A stretch of DNA of 64,000 bases from Bryobacterales bacterium (lineage in GTDB: Bacteria; Acidobacteriota; Terriglobia; Bryobacterales; Bryobacteraceae): NCBI GenBank assembly GCA_034522975.1, contig JAXHKT010000046.1:105377-169376 (forward strand), written 5' to 3'. This document shows, piece by piece, positions 51,979-63,149 of this stretch (positions are counted from its first letter, which is position 1; each line of letters starts with the position of its first letter). A program made the position numbers and the translations under genes. Below the pieces are notes generated by a model, which was given only the letters and a program-made list of their open reading frames with translations, did no database searches and had not been told where the DNA came from.

Positions 51979-52728
51979 ATGACGATGCGAAGGATTGCCT
52001 GGCCTGTTGCGCTGTTTGTGTCTGCAAGTATACTGGCGATGGCGCAGGATTCGAGGACGGTTGCCGCAGAGAGCAACGCGGTCCCCACCTACCGGGTCGG
52101 GCGTGCCCAGGCGCCGCTGGCCATCGATGGCGAACTGGATACCGCGTGGCAGAAGGCTGCGGCGATCACACTGCTATTCCCCTGGGAGAAGCAGTCCGGG
52201 GCGAAGCAGAAGACCGAGGCGCGGATCCTGTGGGATGACCGATACCTCTATGTCTTCTATGCCTGCGAGGATGAAGACATCGTTGCTCTCTTCACCAACC
52301 GCGACGACCCCACCTATCGCGACGACGCCGTGGAGATCTTCATCAATCCACGGCCGGAGCAGGAAGGCACTTACTACGGTCTGGAGATGAACGCCGGAGC
52401 GGTGCTCTATGACTATGTGGCCGTGATGCCACGCTTCTTCTTCAAGCGATTCCAGATGAATGGGGTGCAGTTAGCCGTCCACGTGAGGGGCACGCGCAAC
52501 GTGCGGGGCAACCAGGATCAGGGTTGGAATCTGGAGCTGGCCATCCCGTGGGAGAACTTTGAAATCCTAGGGAAGAAACCACAAGCGGGAGAGCGATGGC
52601 GGGCGCAACTCAATCGCTGGGACGGCGTCGAACCCGATCGCCGCCTCAGCATGTGGGTGAACCCACAGATTGAGAATTCCTGGCCGCACGTGCCCTCCCG
52701 CTTTGGGTGGCTGGAGTTTACAGATTAG
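51979..52728 (+). CDS. secreted carbohydrate-binding family 9 (CBM9/DOMON-like) protein
   Basis: aaaggag SD before ATG 51979. Signal peptide. IDGELD..W......TEARILWDDRYLYVFY pattern. Confidence 0.6.
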   Translation: MTMRRIAWPVALFVSASILAMAQDSRTVAAESNAVPTYRVGRAQAPLAIDGELDTAWQKAAAITLLFPWEKQSGAKQKTEARILWDDRYLYVFYACEDEDIVALFTNRDDPTYRDDAVEIFINPRPEQEGTYYGLEMNAGAVLYDYVAVMPRFFFKRFQMNGVQLAVHVRGTRNVRGNQDQGWNLELAIPWENFEILGKKPQAGERWRAQLNRWDGVEPDRRLSMWVNPQIENSWPHVPSRFGWLEFTD

Positions 52729-53306
52729 CGGAGGCGCAAACGGCGGAATCCGACGAGTGAGAGAATGCCAAGCCCGGCCAGCAGAAAGGTTCCGGGCTCG
52801 GGAACCGGTGCGAGAAAGCCGCGGATCTCACCGCCAGTGAAGGTGGTGGAGTGAATATTGAAGTACGCCTTGCCATCCAGAATGCCCTGCAACAAGCGCG
52901 CCTCTGCCCCGGAAGGATCCGCCGGGGTCGAGCCGTTCAGGAACGCACCCAGATATGTGCCCGCCAGCGAAAGATCTAGCGTGTTCATATAAGTGCCGCT
53001 CGACACCCCCAAAGGAAAGCCCGGAAGCACAGGAGCGGTTACGGCTACGCCAGCGGTTCCAGTGCCCGGATCCGCGGTGCAGCAGTGGATATGTGCCGTT
53101 GTCGTGATACCGCTCAAACCGGAAAAAGTGACATCGATGAGCAGCGTGTTGGCGTCGGTATCGAATTCAAAGTAGCCTGTGCCGCTGCCCGTCCTTCCGC
53201 CAGCGCCTTCAGGCTCAAAGATCGTGTAGAACTTCATCGGCGCCGCTGGCAACAGCAATGCGCACAGGGCTACGCCCAAAAACAATTTCGTTAATTGATT
53301 GATCAT
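52725..53306 (-). CDS. CHRD-domain protein with PEP-CTERM sorting signal
   Basis: ATG 53306 with gagagg SD. AYFNIHSTTFTGGEIRG (CHRD). C-terminal VPEPGTFLLAGLGILSLVGFRRLR. Confidence 0.75.
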   Translation of the reverse strand: MINQLTKLFLGVALCALLLPAAPMKFYTIFEPEGAGGRTGSGTGYFEFDTDANTLLIDVTFSGLSGITTTAHIHCCTADPGTGTAGVAVTAPVLPGFPLGVSSGTYMNTLDLSLAGTYLGAFLNGSTPADPSGAEARLLQGILDGKAYFNIHSTTFTGGEIRGFLAPVPEPGTFLLAGLGILSLVGFRRLRLR

Positions 53307-53790
53307 GTTTCCTCTCCCCAAAGCTCTACGATGGGTTTCGCGAAATTCCTGCGACCCACCGTGTAAGCGAGTATAGCCCGCGAATCCATACGATGTTGCC
53401 CCAATTTCGGCTTGCATTCCCGCTGGGTTGGTTGGGGAACGTATAGTCCTGCAGGGTAGGATTGCCAGTACGATTCCACGGGAAATTTTGAACTAATCCT
53501 TATACATGGGGGGCTGGTGTGGCTCCCTGTTGGGTGGGCTTTCTCAATTTAAACGCCCATTTCCCTTCTCTTGCCATTTTGCTGCCGGAAAAATTTCACA
53601 CAAGTGAAGCGCTAGGATGCCGGACCGGGACAACCGCCCCGCCTTTCGGGCTGCTGTCGGAAACAGGATTATCCATTTGTCGCGGCCCCGGCACTTCCCA
53701 GGGCGCTTCGTGCCCCTTCTCTCGTTTGCTAACCTAAGCGCAACTGCCCAAGTCCATGGCTAGGCCAGACTTCGTTCTAGGAGTGACCGG

Positions 53791-56700
53791 ATGCGTATGC
53801 GATGGATCGCCCTGACTTGTTTGTTGATGCTGAGCGCGGCCTTATCGCATGCCGGCGCAGAGAAGCCCGTATCCCCAGGCCCCTACGAAGGGTTGGCGTA
53901 TCGCCAGATTGGGCCTTACCGGGGAGGGCGCGTCACGGCCGTCGCCGGGGTCGCATCGCAACCCGACACCTATTACTTCGGCGCCACCGGCGGAGGCGTC
54001 TATAAGACCACCGGCGGCGGCCTCACCTGGATCCCCGTCACCGACCAGTGGATCCGCACAGGCTCCGTGGGAGCGATTGCCGTTGCTCCTTCCGACCCCA
54101 ACGTGCTCTATCTGGGCATGGGCGAATCGCCGGTGCGGGGCAATGTCTCGCACGGGGATGGCGTCTACAAATCCGTGGATGCCGGCAAGACCTGGCAGCA
54201 CATCGGCCTTGGGGATTCGCGTCACATCTCCCGCATCCGCGTGCATCCCACGAACCCGGATGTGGCCTATCTGGCGGCGATGGGTCACCTCTTCGGCCCC
54301 AACGAAGAGCGCGGGGTCTATAAGACCGCCGATGGCGGCAAGACCTGGAAACGCGTGCTCTTCCGCGACGCCGATACAGCGGCGATCGACTTGATCCTGG
54401 ACCCCAACAACCCCCGGGTGCTCTATGCCGCCCTTTGGCAGGTGCGCCGCACCCCGTGGTCAATGGATAGCGGCGGGCCGGGAAGCGGGCTCTTCAAGAG
54501 CGTGGACGAGGGCGAAACCTGGCAGGAGATTACCCGCAATGAGGGCTTGCCCAAAGGGGTGATCGGCAAGATCGGCGTCACCGTCTCTCCCGTCGATTCC
54601 AACCGGGTCTATGCCATTGTGGAGGCCGAGGAAGGCGGCGTCTTCCGCTCAGACGATGCCGGCGTGAAGTGGGCCCGGGTTTCCGAAGACCGCAACCTGC
54701 GCCAGCGCGCCTGGTATTACTCCCGCATCTACGCGGACCCCAAACTGAAGGACCGCATTTACGTGCTGAACGTCGGCTTCCATCGCTCCGACGATGGCGG
54801 GCGCACCTATGCCCGCGTAAGCACCCCGCATGGCGACAACCACGACCTCTGGATTGCGCCCGACAACAGCGAGCGCATGGTGCAAGGCAACGACGGCGGC
54901 GCGAACGTCTCCGTGAACGGCGGCAAGAGCTGGACGGCGCAGAATCAGGCCACGGCCCAGTTCTATCGCGTCGCCACCGACAACGATTTCCCTTACAACA
55001 TCTACGGCGCTCAGCAGGATAACAGCACCATTCGCATCGCCAGCCGCACCACCACCTACGGCATCACCGATCGCCATTGGTGGCCCGTGGGCGGCGGCGA
55101 GAGCGGCTGGATTGCCCCCGATCCGCGCGATTCCAACATCGTCTACGCGGGCAACTACAGCGGCCTGCTGACGCGCTACGACCATCGCACCGGCGCGTCG
55201 CGCAACGTCACGGTCTATCCCGATAACCCCATGGGCTATGGGGCCGAGGGAATGAAGTACCGTTTCCAGTGGAACTTCCCGATCCTGTTCTCTCCGCACG
55301 ATCCGAAGCTGCTCTACGCAGCGGGGAACGTGCTGTTCAAGAGCGTGAACGAAGGACAAACCTGGACCCCGATCAGCGGCGACCTCACCCGGAACGACCG
55401 TTCGAAGCAGGGTCCCTCCGGGGGGCCGATCACCAAGGACAACACGGGCGTTGAGTACTACGACACCATCTTCACGGTGGCCGAATCGCCGAAACGCGCG
55501 GGACTGATCTGGGCGGGTTCGGACGACGGCCTGGTGCATGTCACCGAGGATGCCGGCAAGACGTGGCGCAACGTCACTCCGCCGGGGATGCCGGAGTGGA
55601 TCCAGATCAATTCGATTGACGCCTCGCCGCATGAGGCGGGCACGGCGTGGGTGGCGGCCACGATGTACAAGTCGGACGACTTCCGGCCCTATCTCTATAG
55701 CACCAAGGATTATGGCAAGACCTGGACGAAGATCGTCAACGGCATTCCGGACGACGCCTTCACGCGGGTGATTCGCGAGGACCCCGCTGCAAAGGGAACA
55801 CTTTACGCGGGCACGGAAACCGGGCTTTACGTCTCGTTCGACGAAGGGAAGCGATGGGAGAGCCTGCAACTCAACATGCCCGTGGTACCGATCACTGACC
55901 TCACCGTTCACAGCGCGTCCAGGCGACCCCGGCTTGCGGCCAGCCATCCCAGGGCCGCAGCTTCTATGTGCTGGACGACCTTGGAGCGCTGCGGCAAATG
56001 CATGCGCTGCCGGAATCGGCAAAGGCCTCCGTGGCGCTGCTAAAGCCGGAAGACGCTTATCGGATGCAAGGCGGCAGCTTCGGCGAAGATGAGGATGGCG
56101 CGCCAACCTTTGGAGCCAATCCGCCCTCCGGCGCCGTCATTCGTTTCTGGCTGGCGGAGAAGCCCGAAAAGCCTCTCACGCTCGAAATCGTGGATGCAAA
56201 GGGCGCGCTCATTCGCAAGTTTGAGAGCAAGCTTCCAGATGCCAAGCCCGACGCGGAGCCTGACGGCGAAGCAAAGTTCGAGGCGAAAAAGGGACTGAAC
56301 GAATTCGTCTGGAACCTGCGCTATCCCGATGCGCGGCGCATCAAAGGGCTGAATCTCGCGGGGTGGCCACTTGGCAGGTTCCTAGGCGAACTCGGCGAGT
56401 ATCAATTCAGGCGATTGACTGCGGTGACAGCAAGCTCACCGAACGCTTTGCAGTGAAGAAGGACCCTCGCCTTGCGACAACGCAGGCGGATTTCGAAAAG
56501 CAGTTCGCGTTGCTCTCGCAGATCCGCGACAAGCTCACCGAGACCCACGACGGCATTCTGCGCATCCGCGACGTGCGCGCCCAGTTGCAGGATTTCGCAA
56601 AACGACAGAAAGAGAACAAGTCCGCCGCCGATGCCGTGAAAGCCGCGGAGGAACTGGCGAAGAAGCTCACCGCCATCGAAGAAACCTTGTATCAGACGAA

Positions 56701-56953
56701 GAACAAGAGCTCGCAGGACCCACTGAACTATCCCATCCAACTCAATAACAAACTGGCTGCGCTGGCTGGCGTGGTAGGCGGATCGGACAACCCGCCGACA
56801 GACCAAAGCTACGTCGTTTACGAAGACCTGGTGACACGCATCAACGCGCAGTTGAATGGGCTCAAAACAGCACTCGATGCAGACCTCGCGCGCTTCAACG
56901 AACTGGTGCGTAAGGCGCCGGTGCCGGCCGTGACTCCAGCCGCGCTGAAGTAG
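53791..56953 (+). pseudogene. BNR/sortilin (VPS10)-like repeat protein of about 1050 aa, two frameshifts (about 55948-55952 and about 56408-56412)
   Basis: ORFs 53791-56043, 55968-56456 and 56363-56953 are consecutive parts. Multiple S.D.G.TW repeats. ...AASHP / QGRSFYVLDDL and ...GEYQFR / [19 protein letters not shown] join across frames. Confidence 0.8.
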
Positions 56954-56980
56954 GGCCGTTGCCGCGATACACTCGTAACG

Positions 56981-58252
56981 ATGAAACGACGAGATCTTTT
57001 GCAGAATAGTGCCGCGGTCGCTGCCGGGCTCGGCTACCTGAGAACAAGCTTTGCGCAGGCTCCCATCAAGCCAGTGCGCATCGGCATCATCGGCATGGGC
57101 GGACGCGGCAACCAGTTGATGCGCGAATTCGTGAAGATCCCCGGCGTCCAGGTTGGCGCGGTGGTCGATCCCGATGGCAAGCGGGCAGAGCAGGCAGCCC
57201 AGTGGGTGCGCTCCAATACCGGCGTTGCGGCGAAGAGCACCGCCGATATGCGCACGGTTTTCGACGACAAGAGCATCGACGCGGTGCTGGTGACCACCAC
57301 GAACCATTGGCACGCGCTCACTGCCATCTGGGCCATGCAGGCAGGCAAGGATGTCTACCTTGAGAAGCCGGTTTCGCACAATGTCTTCGAAGGCCAGAAG
57401 ATCGTCGAAGCGTCGCGCAAGTACAACCGCATCGTCCAAGGCGGCACGCAACGCCGCTCCTTCGGCCGCTTTCGTCACGCCGTTCGGCTAATCCACGAGG
57501 GGCTCATTGGCGACGTCTATCTCGGCAAGTTCGTCTTCCCCGGCAATCGCGATTCCATCGGCTTCAAACCGATTGAGCCCGTGCCCGGCTGGCTGAACTG
57601 GGATCTTTGGCTGGGCCCCGCGCAGGAGCAGCCTTACCACGGCAATCTGGTGCACTATAACTGGCACTGGTTCTGGGATTTCGGCAATGGCGAGTTGGGC
57701 AACAACGGTCCGCATCTGATTGATGTTTCGCGCTGGGCGATGCAGAAAGAGTTGCCGGTGAAAGTGCGTTCCTGGGGCGGCCGCTGGGGCTACAAAGACC
57801 AGGCGGAAACACCCAACACCCAGACTGTGGAATGGGAATACGCCGACGGCACGGCGATCATTGGCGAGTTGCGCGGCCTCTACACGCCGGAGCCAATGAG
57901 CTGGGATTTCTTCGGCAGCAAAGGCCACATGCACCTCTTTGCCGACGGCCGATTTGAGGTTACTCTGGGCCGCGGCGAGAAACCCGAGCCCGCTGTCGAA
58001 TCCCCCGCCGACGTCAACCACTATGCGAACTTCGTCGAGGCGGTGCGCAGCCGCGATCGCACGATGCAGAACGCCGAGGTGCGAGAAACTGTTCTTTCGA
58101 CGGCGCATTGCCACCTTGGCAACATCGCTTACCGCGTGGGCGGCGATCTGCACTTCGATCCACATACGGAACGCTTCCTCAACGACGAGCGCGCCAACGG
58201 GCTGCTCACCAGGCGCTACCGCGCGCCCTACGTCGTTCCCGAAAACGTCTAG
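56981..58252 (+). CDS. Tat-exported Gfo/Idh/MocA family oxidoreductase
   Basis: MKRRDLLQNSAAVAAGLG twin-Arg leader. IGIIGMGGRG Rossmann motif. Confidence 0.85.
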   Translation: MKRRDLLQNSAAVAAGLGYLRTSFAQAPIKPVRIGIIGMGGRGNQLMREFVKIPGVQVGAVVDPDGKRAEQAAQWVRSNTGVAAKSTADMRTVFDDKSIDAVLVTTTNHWHALTAIWAMQAGKDVYLEKPVSHNVFEGQKIVEASRKYNRIVQGGTQRRSFGRFRHAVRLIHEGLIGDVYLGKFVFPGNRDSIGFKPIEPVPGWLNWDLWLGPAQEQPYHGNLVHYNWHWFWDFGNGELGNNGPHLIDVSRWAMQKELPVKVRSWGGRWGYKDQAETPNTQTVEWEYADGTAIIGELRGLYTPEPMSWDFFGSKGHMHLFADGRFEVTLGRGEKPEPAVESPADVNHYANFVEAVRSRDRTMQNAEVRETVLSTAHCHLGNIAYRVGGDLHFDPHTERFLNDERANGLLTRRYRAPYVVPENV

Positions 58253-58275
58253 CCGTCAGCGAGAGGGGCCAACAG

Positions 58276-58854
58276 ATGCTTCGTCGATCAATCGCGTTGT
58301 TTGTTGCGTCGCTGGCGGTGGTGTTCGCGCTGGCGGCGCAGGACTTGCGAGTCCTGGTTGTCTATCACTCAGAGAGCGGCTACACCGGGAAGATGGCTGC
58401 CGCATTGGGGCGCGGCGCGCAATCGCTGGAGGGCACAAAGGTGACCGTCAAGCCCCTCGCGGACGTCTCCAAGGAAGATCTTGCCAGCGCCGACGCCATC
58501 GCGCTTGGCTCCCCCGTCCACATGGGCGACGCCGCTTGGCAGGTGCGCCAGGCGATCGTCCGCTGGAGCATGGAGTTTGGCTTCTGGGAGAGCCGCGAGC
58601 TCACCAACAAGGTGGCTGCCGTCTTCGCAACGGGCGGCGCTCCCTCAAACGGCAAGGAACTGACGATGATCAGCCTCAGCCACAGCCTCACTCAGCTTGG
58701 CATGATTCTGGTAACGCCCTACGGCAGCCTTGGCGCCTCGGCAACCACGTCTAAACCCGATCCCGGCGTCGACGAAGCCGAAGAGAAGATTGCCGAAGCC
58801 CTGGGCCGCCGCCTCGCCGATGTTGCCCTGCAATTGAAGCGGGGCAAACGCTAA
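58276..58854 (+). CDS. flavodoxin-like fold (WrbA/NAD(P)H dehydrogenase-like) protein with hydrophobic N-terminal leader
   Basis: VLVVYHSESGYTGKMA flavodoxin-type motif. ATG 58276 with gagagggg SD. Confidence 0.7.
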   Translation: MLRRSIALFVASLAVVFALAAQDLRVLVVYHSESGYTGKMAAALGRGAQSLEGTKVTVKPLADVSKEDLASADAIALGSPVHMGDAAWQVRQAIVRWSMEFGFWESRELTNKVAAVFATGGAPSNGKELTMISLSHSLTQLGMILVTPYGSLGASATTSKPDPGVDEAEEKIAEALGRRLADVALQLKRGKR

Positions 58855-58874
58855 CCGGAGCGCATCACTTCCGA

Positions 58875-60179
58875 TTAGAACCCGGTGAGCATCGGCATCA
58901 CCAGCGGCGGCTCAATCAGATATTCGAGGCGGGACATCGTTTCCACCGCGCCCTGGATCTGCCCATGCGTGGCCGGTTCCACCGTGATCACAAAGGGAAG
59001 GTCCCGCCAGTTGGTGATCGGCAACTGCCCCACCGCATCGATACCAATGCCGTGATCCCGCAAAATCGTCGCCAGATCGGCGATGATCCCGAAGCGGTTC
59101 TCCACCCGGAAGCGCAGGTAGTAGGGCTGCTTGAACGATTCCGGCGGAGCGGGGCGATACTCGGCAAGCTGCCGGAAGCTGTAGGGAGAAACGCGGTTCT
59201 GGCGACCGCTCAGCAACTCCCGCCCGGCGTGAACAATGTCGCTCACCACCGCCACGCCCGTCGGCAGCGGACCCGCGCCGCGACCGTAGTAGAAGGTATC
59301 GGCACCGTATGCACCCTTGACCCAGATGGCATTGTAGGAGCCGCTCACGCTAGCCAGAATGGCCGACTTCGGCAGCAACGCCGGCCGCACGGAGAGGGCA
59401 AGCCCTTCCGGCGAAAGACGCGCCACGCAGAGGAGCCGAATGGTATGCCGCAATTGCGCCGCGTAGGAAAAGTCGACGTCGCTCACCCGGCGGATGCCCT
59501 CGACATAGATATCCTCCACCGGCACCCGACAGCCAAAGGCCAGGGCGGCCAGAATCGCCAGCTTCGAACGGGCATCGAAACCGTCCACATCCGCGGAGGG
59601 GTCCGCTTCGGCATAGCCCAGTTGCTGGGCCTCAACGAGAACTTCGTTAAACCCCCGGCCCGCTTTCTCCATCTCAGTAAGTATGAAGTTGCAGGTACCA
59701 TTGAGGATTCCCGCCATCGCTTCGATGCGGTCCCCCACAATGCCTTCGCGCAATACCGTATGGATGGGAATGCCCCCGGCCACACTGGCTTCCATGGCCA
59801 GCGGCCTCCCCGCCTCGCTGGCCTTTTGCCAGAGCTCGACGCCGCGCTTGGCCATCAATTCCTTGTTCGCGGTTACCACCGCTTTCCCATTAGCCAGAGC
59901 CGCTTCAATCACCTCGCTAGCGACGCCGGTGCCGCCCACCAACTCGGCCACCACGTCGATTTGCGGGTTCCCCACAACGTCCCGCCAGTCAGTGGTCTTG
60001 GCGATGGAATCCGCGCCCGCCGGCAACTCCCGCGAATGTACTGAGCGGCTGCAGAGCATCGAAACTTCCACGGGAATGCCCAATTTGTGGGCAAGTTGTT
60101 CCTTGTTTTCAAGGAGAATCTGGAGGGTTCCGCATCCTACGTTGCCGGTGCCCACCAAACCTACTTTTAGCGAATCCAT
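58875..60179 (-). CDS. hom: homoserine dehydrogenase
   Basis: VGLVGTGNVG NAD site, catalytic domain and C-terminal ACT domain. Confidence 0.9.
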   Translation of the reverse strand: MDSLKVGLVGTGNVGCGTLQILLENKEQLAHKLGIPVEVSMLCSRSVHSRELPAGADSIAKTTDWRDVVGNPQIDVVAELVGGTGVASEVIEAALANGKAVVTANKELMAKRGVELWQKASEAGRPLAMEASVAGGIPIHTVLREGIVGDRIEAMAGILNGTCNFILTEMEKAGRGFNEVLVEAQQLGYAEADPSADVDGFDARSKLAILAALAFGCRVPVEDIYVEGIRRVSDVDFSYAAQLRHTIRLLCVARLSPEGLALSVRPALLPKSAILASVSGSYNAIWVKGAYGADTFYYGRGAGPLPTGVAVVSDIVHAGRELLSGRQNRVSPYSFRQLAEYRPAPPESFKQPYYLRFRVENRFGIIADLATILRDHGIGIDAVGQLPITNWRDLPFVITVEPATHGQIQGAVETMSRLEYLIEPPLVMPMLTGF

Positions 60180-60221
60180 ATTCGGCTATCATAGCAATCG
60201 AAGCGCCAAAGGAGCCCTCTT

Positions 60222-60578
60222 GTGCGAAGATCGAACCTCCTGCTGCTAGGCTCATTCCTGATGTTGGGCTTGGCCACCCTCGCTCTGCCTCCCTTCCCTC
60301 TCCACGCGCAGCTGGACCGTTATCCCGAAGCGAAGCCGTTTCCGAAACCAGACGACGAGGGCCCCCGTCTTCCCAATGGAAAGCTGCAACGAGATGCAAT
60401 CCTGAAGCATGAGCATCAGCGCAATTTGCAGGAATTGAAAGAAATCCAGGATATTAGCGGCGAATTATTGAAGGAATTAGAAGAAAATACCGAGTTTGTA
60501 CTTTCTCTTAAATCCCTCAAGAAACTGGAGCGCCTGGAAAAGCTATCGAAAGACGTGCGCAAGCGGATTCAAAAGTAA
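60222..60578 (+). CDS. small secreted coiled-coil protein (118 aa)
   Basis: GTG start after aaggag SD. Signal peptide, then K/E/L-rich heptads. Locally lower GC. Confidence 0.5.
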   Translation: MRRSNLLLLGSFLMLGLATLALPPFPLHAQLDRYPEAKPFPKPDDEGPRLPNGKLQRDAILKHEHQRNLQELKEIQDISGELLKELEENTEFVLSLKSLKKLERLEKLSKDVRKRIQK

Positions 60579-60629
60579 GGCGACTGCCGCTTGATCGCGG
60601 TGGCCGGAAGCGATTTAGAAACGAAGCAA

Positions 60630-62018
60630 ATGCGGATTCTTTGGAGCATCGTTGGATGGCTTGTCGTGCTCGCTATAGCGAGCGGCGAAGCCTCGGCCGC
60701 CAGCGTCGAACGCAGGGTGATGCTGGGCGATACGGAACTGATCTATCTCTGTTCCAAGCCTCTCGAAACCAATGAGCCGGCCCCCGTCCTTTTGTTCCTC
60801 CACGGCAATGAATATGCTTCTGTCGAGACCGTGCGCGGCTATTTCCGCCAATGGGAACAAGCCGCCCGGCTGCAGGGCTGGAACCTGGTTCTGCCCTGGA
60901 ACGCGGGAGCGTATTCGTTCACCTCAGACGCCGGCGTTAGGGCGGTAGACGCCATTCTGGAAGACTTCTCAAAGCTTCACCAAGTAGACGGCCGGCGCAT
61001 CTTCCTTGCCGGCCACGGCGACGGCGCGCCAGCGGTTTTCTACGCGCTTTCCCGCAGCCCGGAGCAATGGGCAGCGGGCCTCGCCATCGGCGGCGATATG
61101 GGCCGCGTGATCGAAAGCAATCGCCTCTTTGCCGGCAACGCCGCCGCCATTCCCATCCTCTGGGTCTACGAAGAGGAGCGGCTCCCGGTGCTACAGCAAA
61201 CCATCAACCGCCTGCAATCGGCCGGCCTCAACCTGAGTCTGCTGGCCGCCAACGAATTCACGGTCAAGGATTCCATCGCCTGGCTCAGGCCGCATCGGGC
61301 GGAAACCACACCCATCCGCGTGGACTACGAAACCGGCTCTCCGGACTTCGCTCACGCCTTCTGGATCCGCATCAGCAGTTTTGATTTCAACCTCCGCAAC
61401 GACGCTCTTGACAGCACCCGCGTCGACCCCGGAACCGGCGCCTTCCTCCGTCTGGGCGGCTTTGGTTACGACCCCCAGGGCAAGGGTCCGGGCATTGCCG
61501 TGAAGTGGCTCCCGGAGAACTATAAAGGCCCGCTGCAGCAGGAAGACGTGATCGTCTCCATCGCGGGCACGATGATTGAGGACGCCCGCCACTACGCGGA
61601 GTTCATGGAGCAGCAGCGCGAGAGCCGCGACGTAGGCATCATCGTGTTGCGCGGCGGCGAGAGCCAGCGCCTGGAAACCCGCATTGTCATCCCCCACCGC
61701 GACGAAGCCGACACGGCCCGGGTTCATGCCGAATACATCGAAGATTCGAAAGAGATCATGCTGGTAAGCCGCGGCGTGGCGTCTTTGGAAGTGACAATCC
61801 CCCCCGCTTGGGCGCCCGTGAAGTTAAGCTGGAACGGCCTGGATACAGCCGCCTCCGCCACCCCCGGCTGCTGGACCCTCGTCGAAGGCCAAGCCAAAGC
61901 CACTCCGGGCTGCCGCTCCGCCGAATCTCGCCAAGAAAACGTCCCGAAGGGGGCTCGCGACCCGGGCGGAACGGTAGAGACCGCCCTCCGCTATCCGCCC
62001 GGCGACCACGCCCGATAG
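60630..62018 (+). CDS. secreted alpha/beta-hydrolase-fold-like protein with C-terminal PDZ-like domain
   Basis: Signal peptide. LLFLHGN.. and FLAGHGDGA (nucleophile-elbow position without Ser). EDVIVSIAGTMIED...IIVLRGGE PDZ-like segment. The 3' end overlaps the convergent gene. Confidence 0.4.
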   Translation: MRILWSIVGWLVVLAIASGEASAASVERRVMLGDTELIYLCSKPLETNEPAPVLLFLHGNEYASVETVRGYFRQWEQAARLQGWNLVLPWNAGAYSFTSDAGVRAVDAILEDFSKLHQVDGRRIFLAGHGDGAPAVFYALSRSPEQWAAGLAIGGDMGRVIESNRLFAGNAAAIPILWVYEEERLPVLQQTINRLQSAGLNLSLLAANEFTVKDSIAWLRPHRAETTPIRVDYETGSPDFAHAFWIRISSFDFNLRNDALDSTRVDPGTGAFLRLGGFGYDPQGKGPGIAVKWLPENYKGPLQQEDVIVSIAGTMIEDARHYAEFMEQQRESRDVGIIVLRGGESQRLETRIVIPHRDEADTARVHAEYIEDSKEIMLVSRGVASLEVTIPPAWAPVKLSWNGLDTAASATPGCWTLVEGQAKATPGCRSAESRQENVPKGARDPGGTVETALRYPPGDHAR

Positions 62019-63105
62019 ATCCGCCGCATCGCGCCAGCTTCGCGGAGTCTTCCGCCACCGCTCCCATCGCATTTGCAACCCCGTGCCCTTCCGCTGCCCC
62101 GTTGCGCATCACTCCTCCCAACTCCGATGCACTGATCGGCGCCGCCGACGAATGCGCCTGTACGATCGGCCAGATGCGCGTTGCATCCGGCAACCGCGCG
62201 GAAATCCATTCAACCGCATCTCGCACCCACTCCGGCTTCCGCCCCATCCGCCCGTGGTAAACCATCGGGGAAAACACGTCGATCTCCGGGGCCAGTAAAT
62301 CGAAATCGATTCCGAGGATGCGCCGTAACGCTCCGTCGAATTCCGAATCCGTCCATGGGCAATGGTAGACGCCCAGGAACGCTTCCGGCCGCTTGCGCTT
62401 GACGATCGCGCCTAGCATACCTAGCCCAATCCACCAGCACCCCCGCGCGCCAATCCCTCCAAGCCGCTTGCTGTTCAGTAAGGATCCAGCGCGCCTTGGC
62501 CGCGACGTCGCTCCCTGGAATTGGCAACCCGAGCGCCTTCGCGAAAGCACCCAGGCACGAGTTGCAGAAGCAGGTCTCCGGCAAGATGGGTTCCTCTTCC
62601 TCAAACCGCCGCATGCCAATGGAGTAGCTTTATCCACACCCCGGCCAGAGCCGAAGCGCTCCAGCAGCCTCTCTAGCTGCTCTGTGCGATAGGCGCGGAA
62701 TCCGGGCTCGGTTGGGCACGCTCCCAGAAACCAGGAGGCCGGCGGCACGCGTTCGCCAAACTCGTTTAGCGGCCAAGCCTCCGGATGCGTTTCTACATAC
62801 CCCTTGCCATTCAGCGTTGCGAACTCGGCATAGACCGCCGCGCCTTCCCCGGTGGCTCGCGCGAACATCTCCTCGGTAATCGATTGCCCGTGCACAAACA
62901 CGGCATTCACGCCATAGTCGTCCAACCGGGCACCCGTCTTCCAGAAAGCGTTCGGGCTCGAATAGGTTCCCCTTACCACCAGCGTCCCGGCGCGCGGCTG
63001 CGCGTTCGTCAATCGTGAGACTAACGGCAGACAACCAACAGTAGTCCCCAAGATCCGCCCAAACTCGCCGCGCGTAAACCCGTTGGAAAAACCTTTGACG
63101 CTCAT
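61991..63105 (-). pseudogene. glycosyl-hydrolase-like 10 (YngK/GHL10-like) TIM-barrel protein, three frameshifts (about 62630, about 62420, about 62030)
   Basis: Starts MSVKGFSNG (ATG 63105). The middle part ...IGMRRFEEEEPILPETCFCNSCLGAFAKALG... is in another frame (ORF 62210-62614). It returns to the first frame for ..LGVYHCPWTDSEFDG..VFSPMVYHG.. The likely end AMRRIYRAWSPGG* is at 61991. Confidence 0.5.
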
Positions 63106-63149
63106 CCTTCCATTCTCCGCCCTTAAACGATGCTCCGGAGTTGGCCCCG

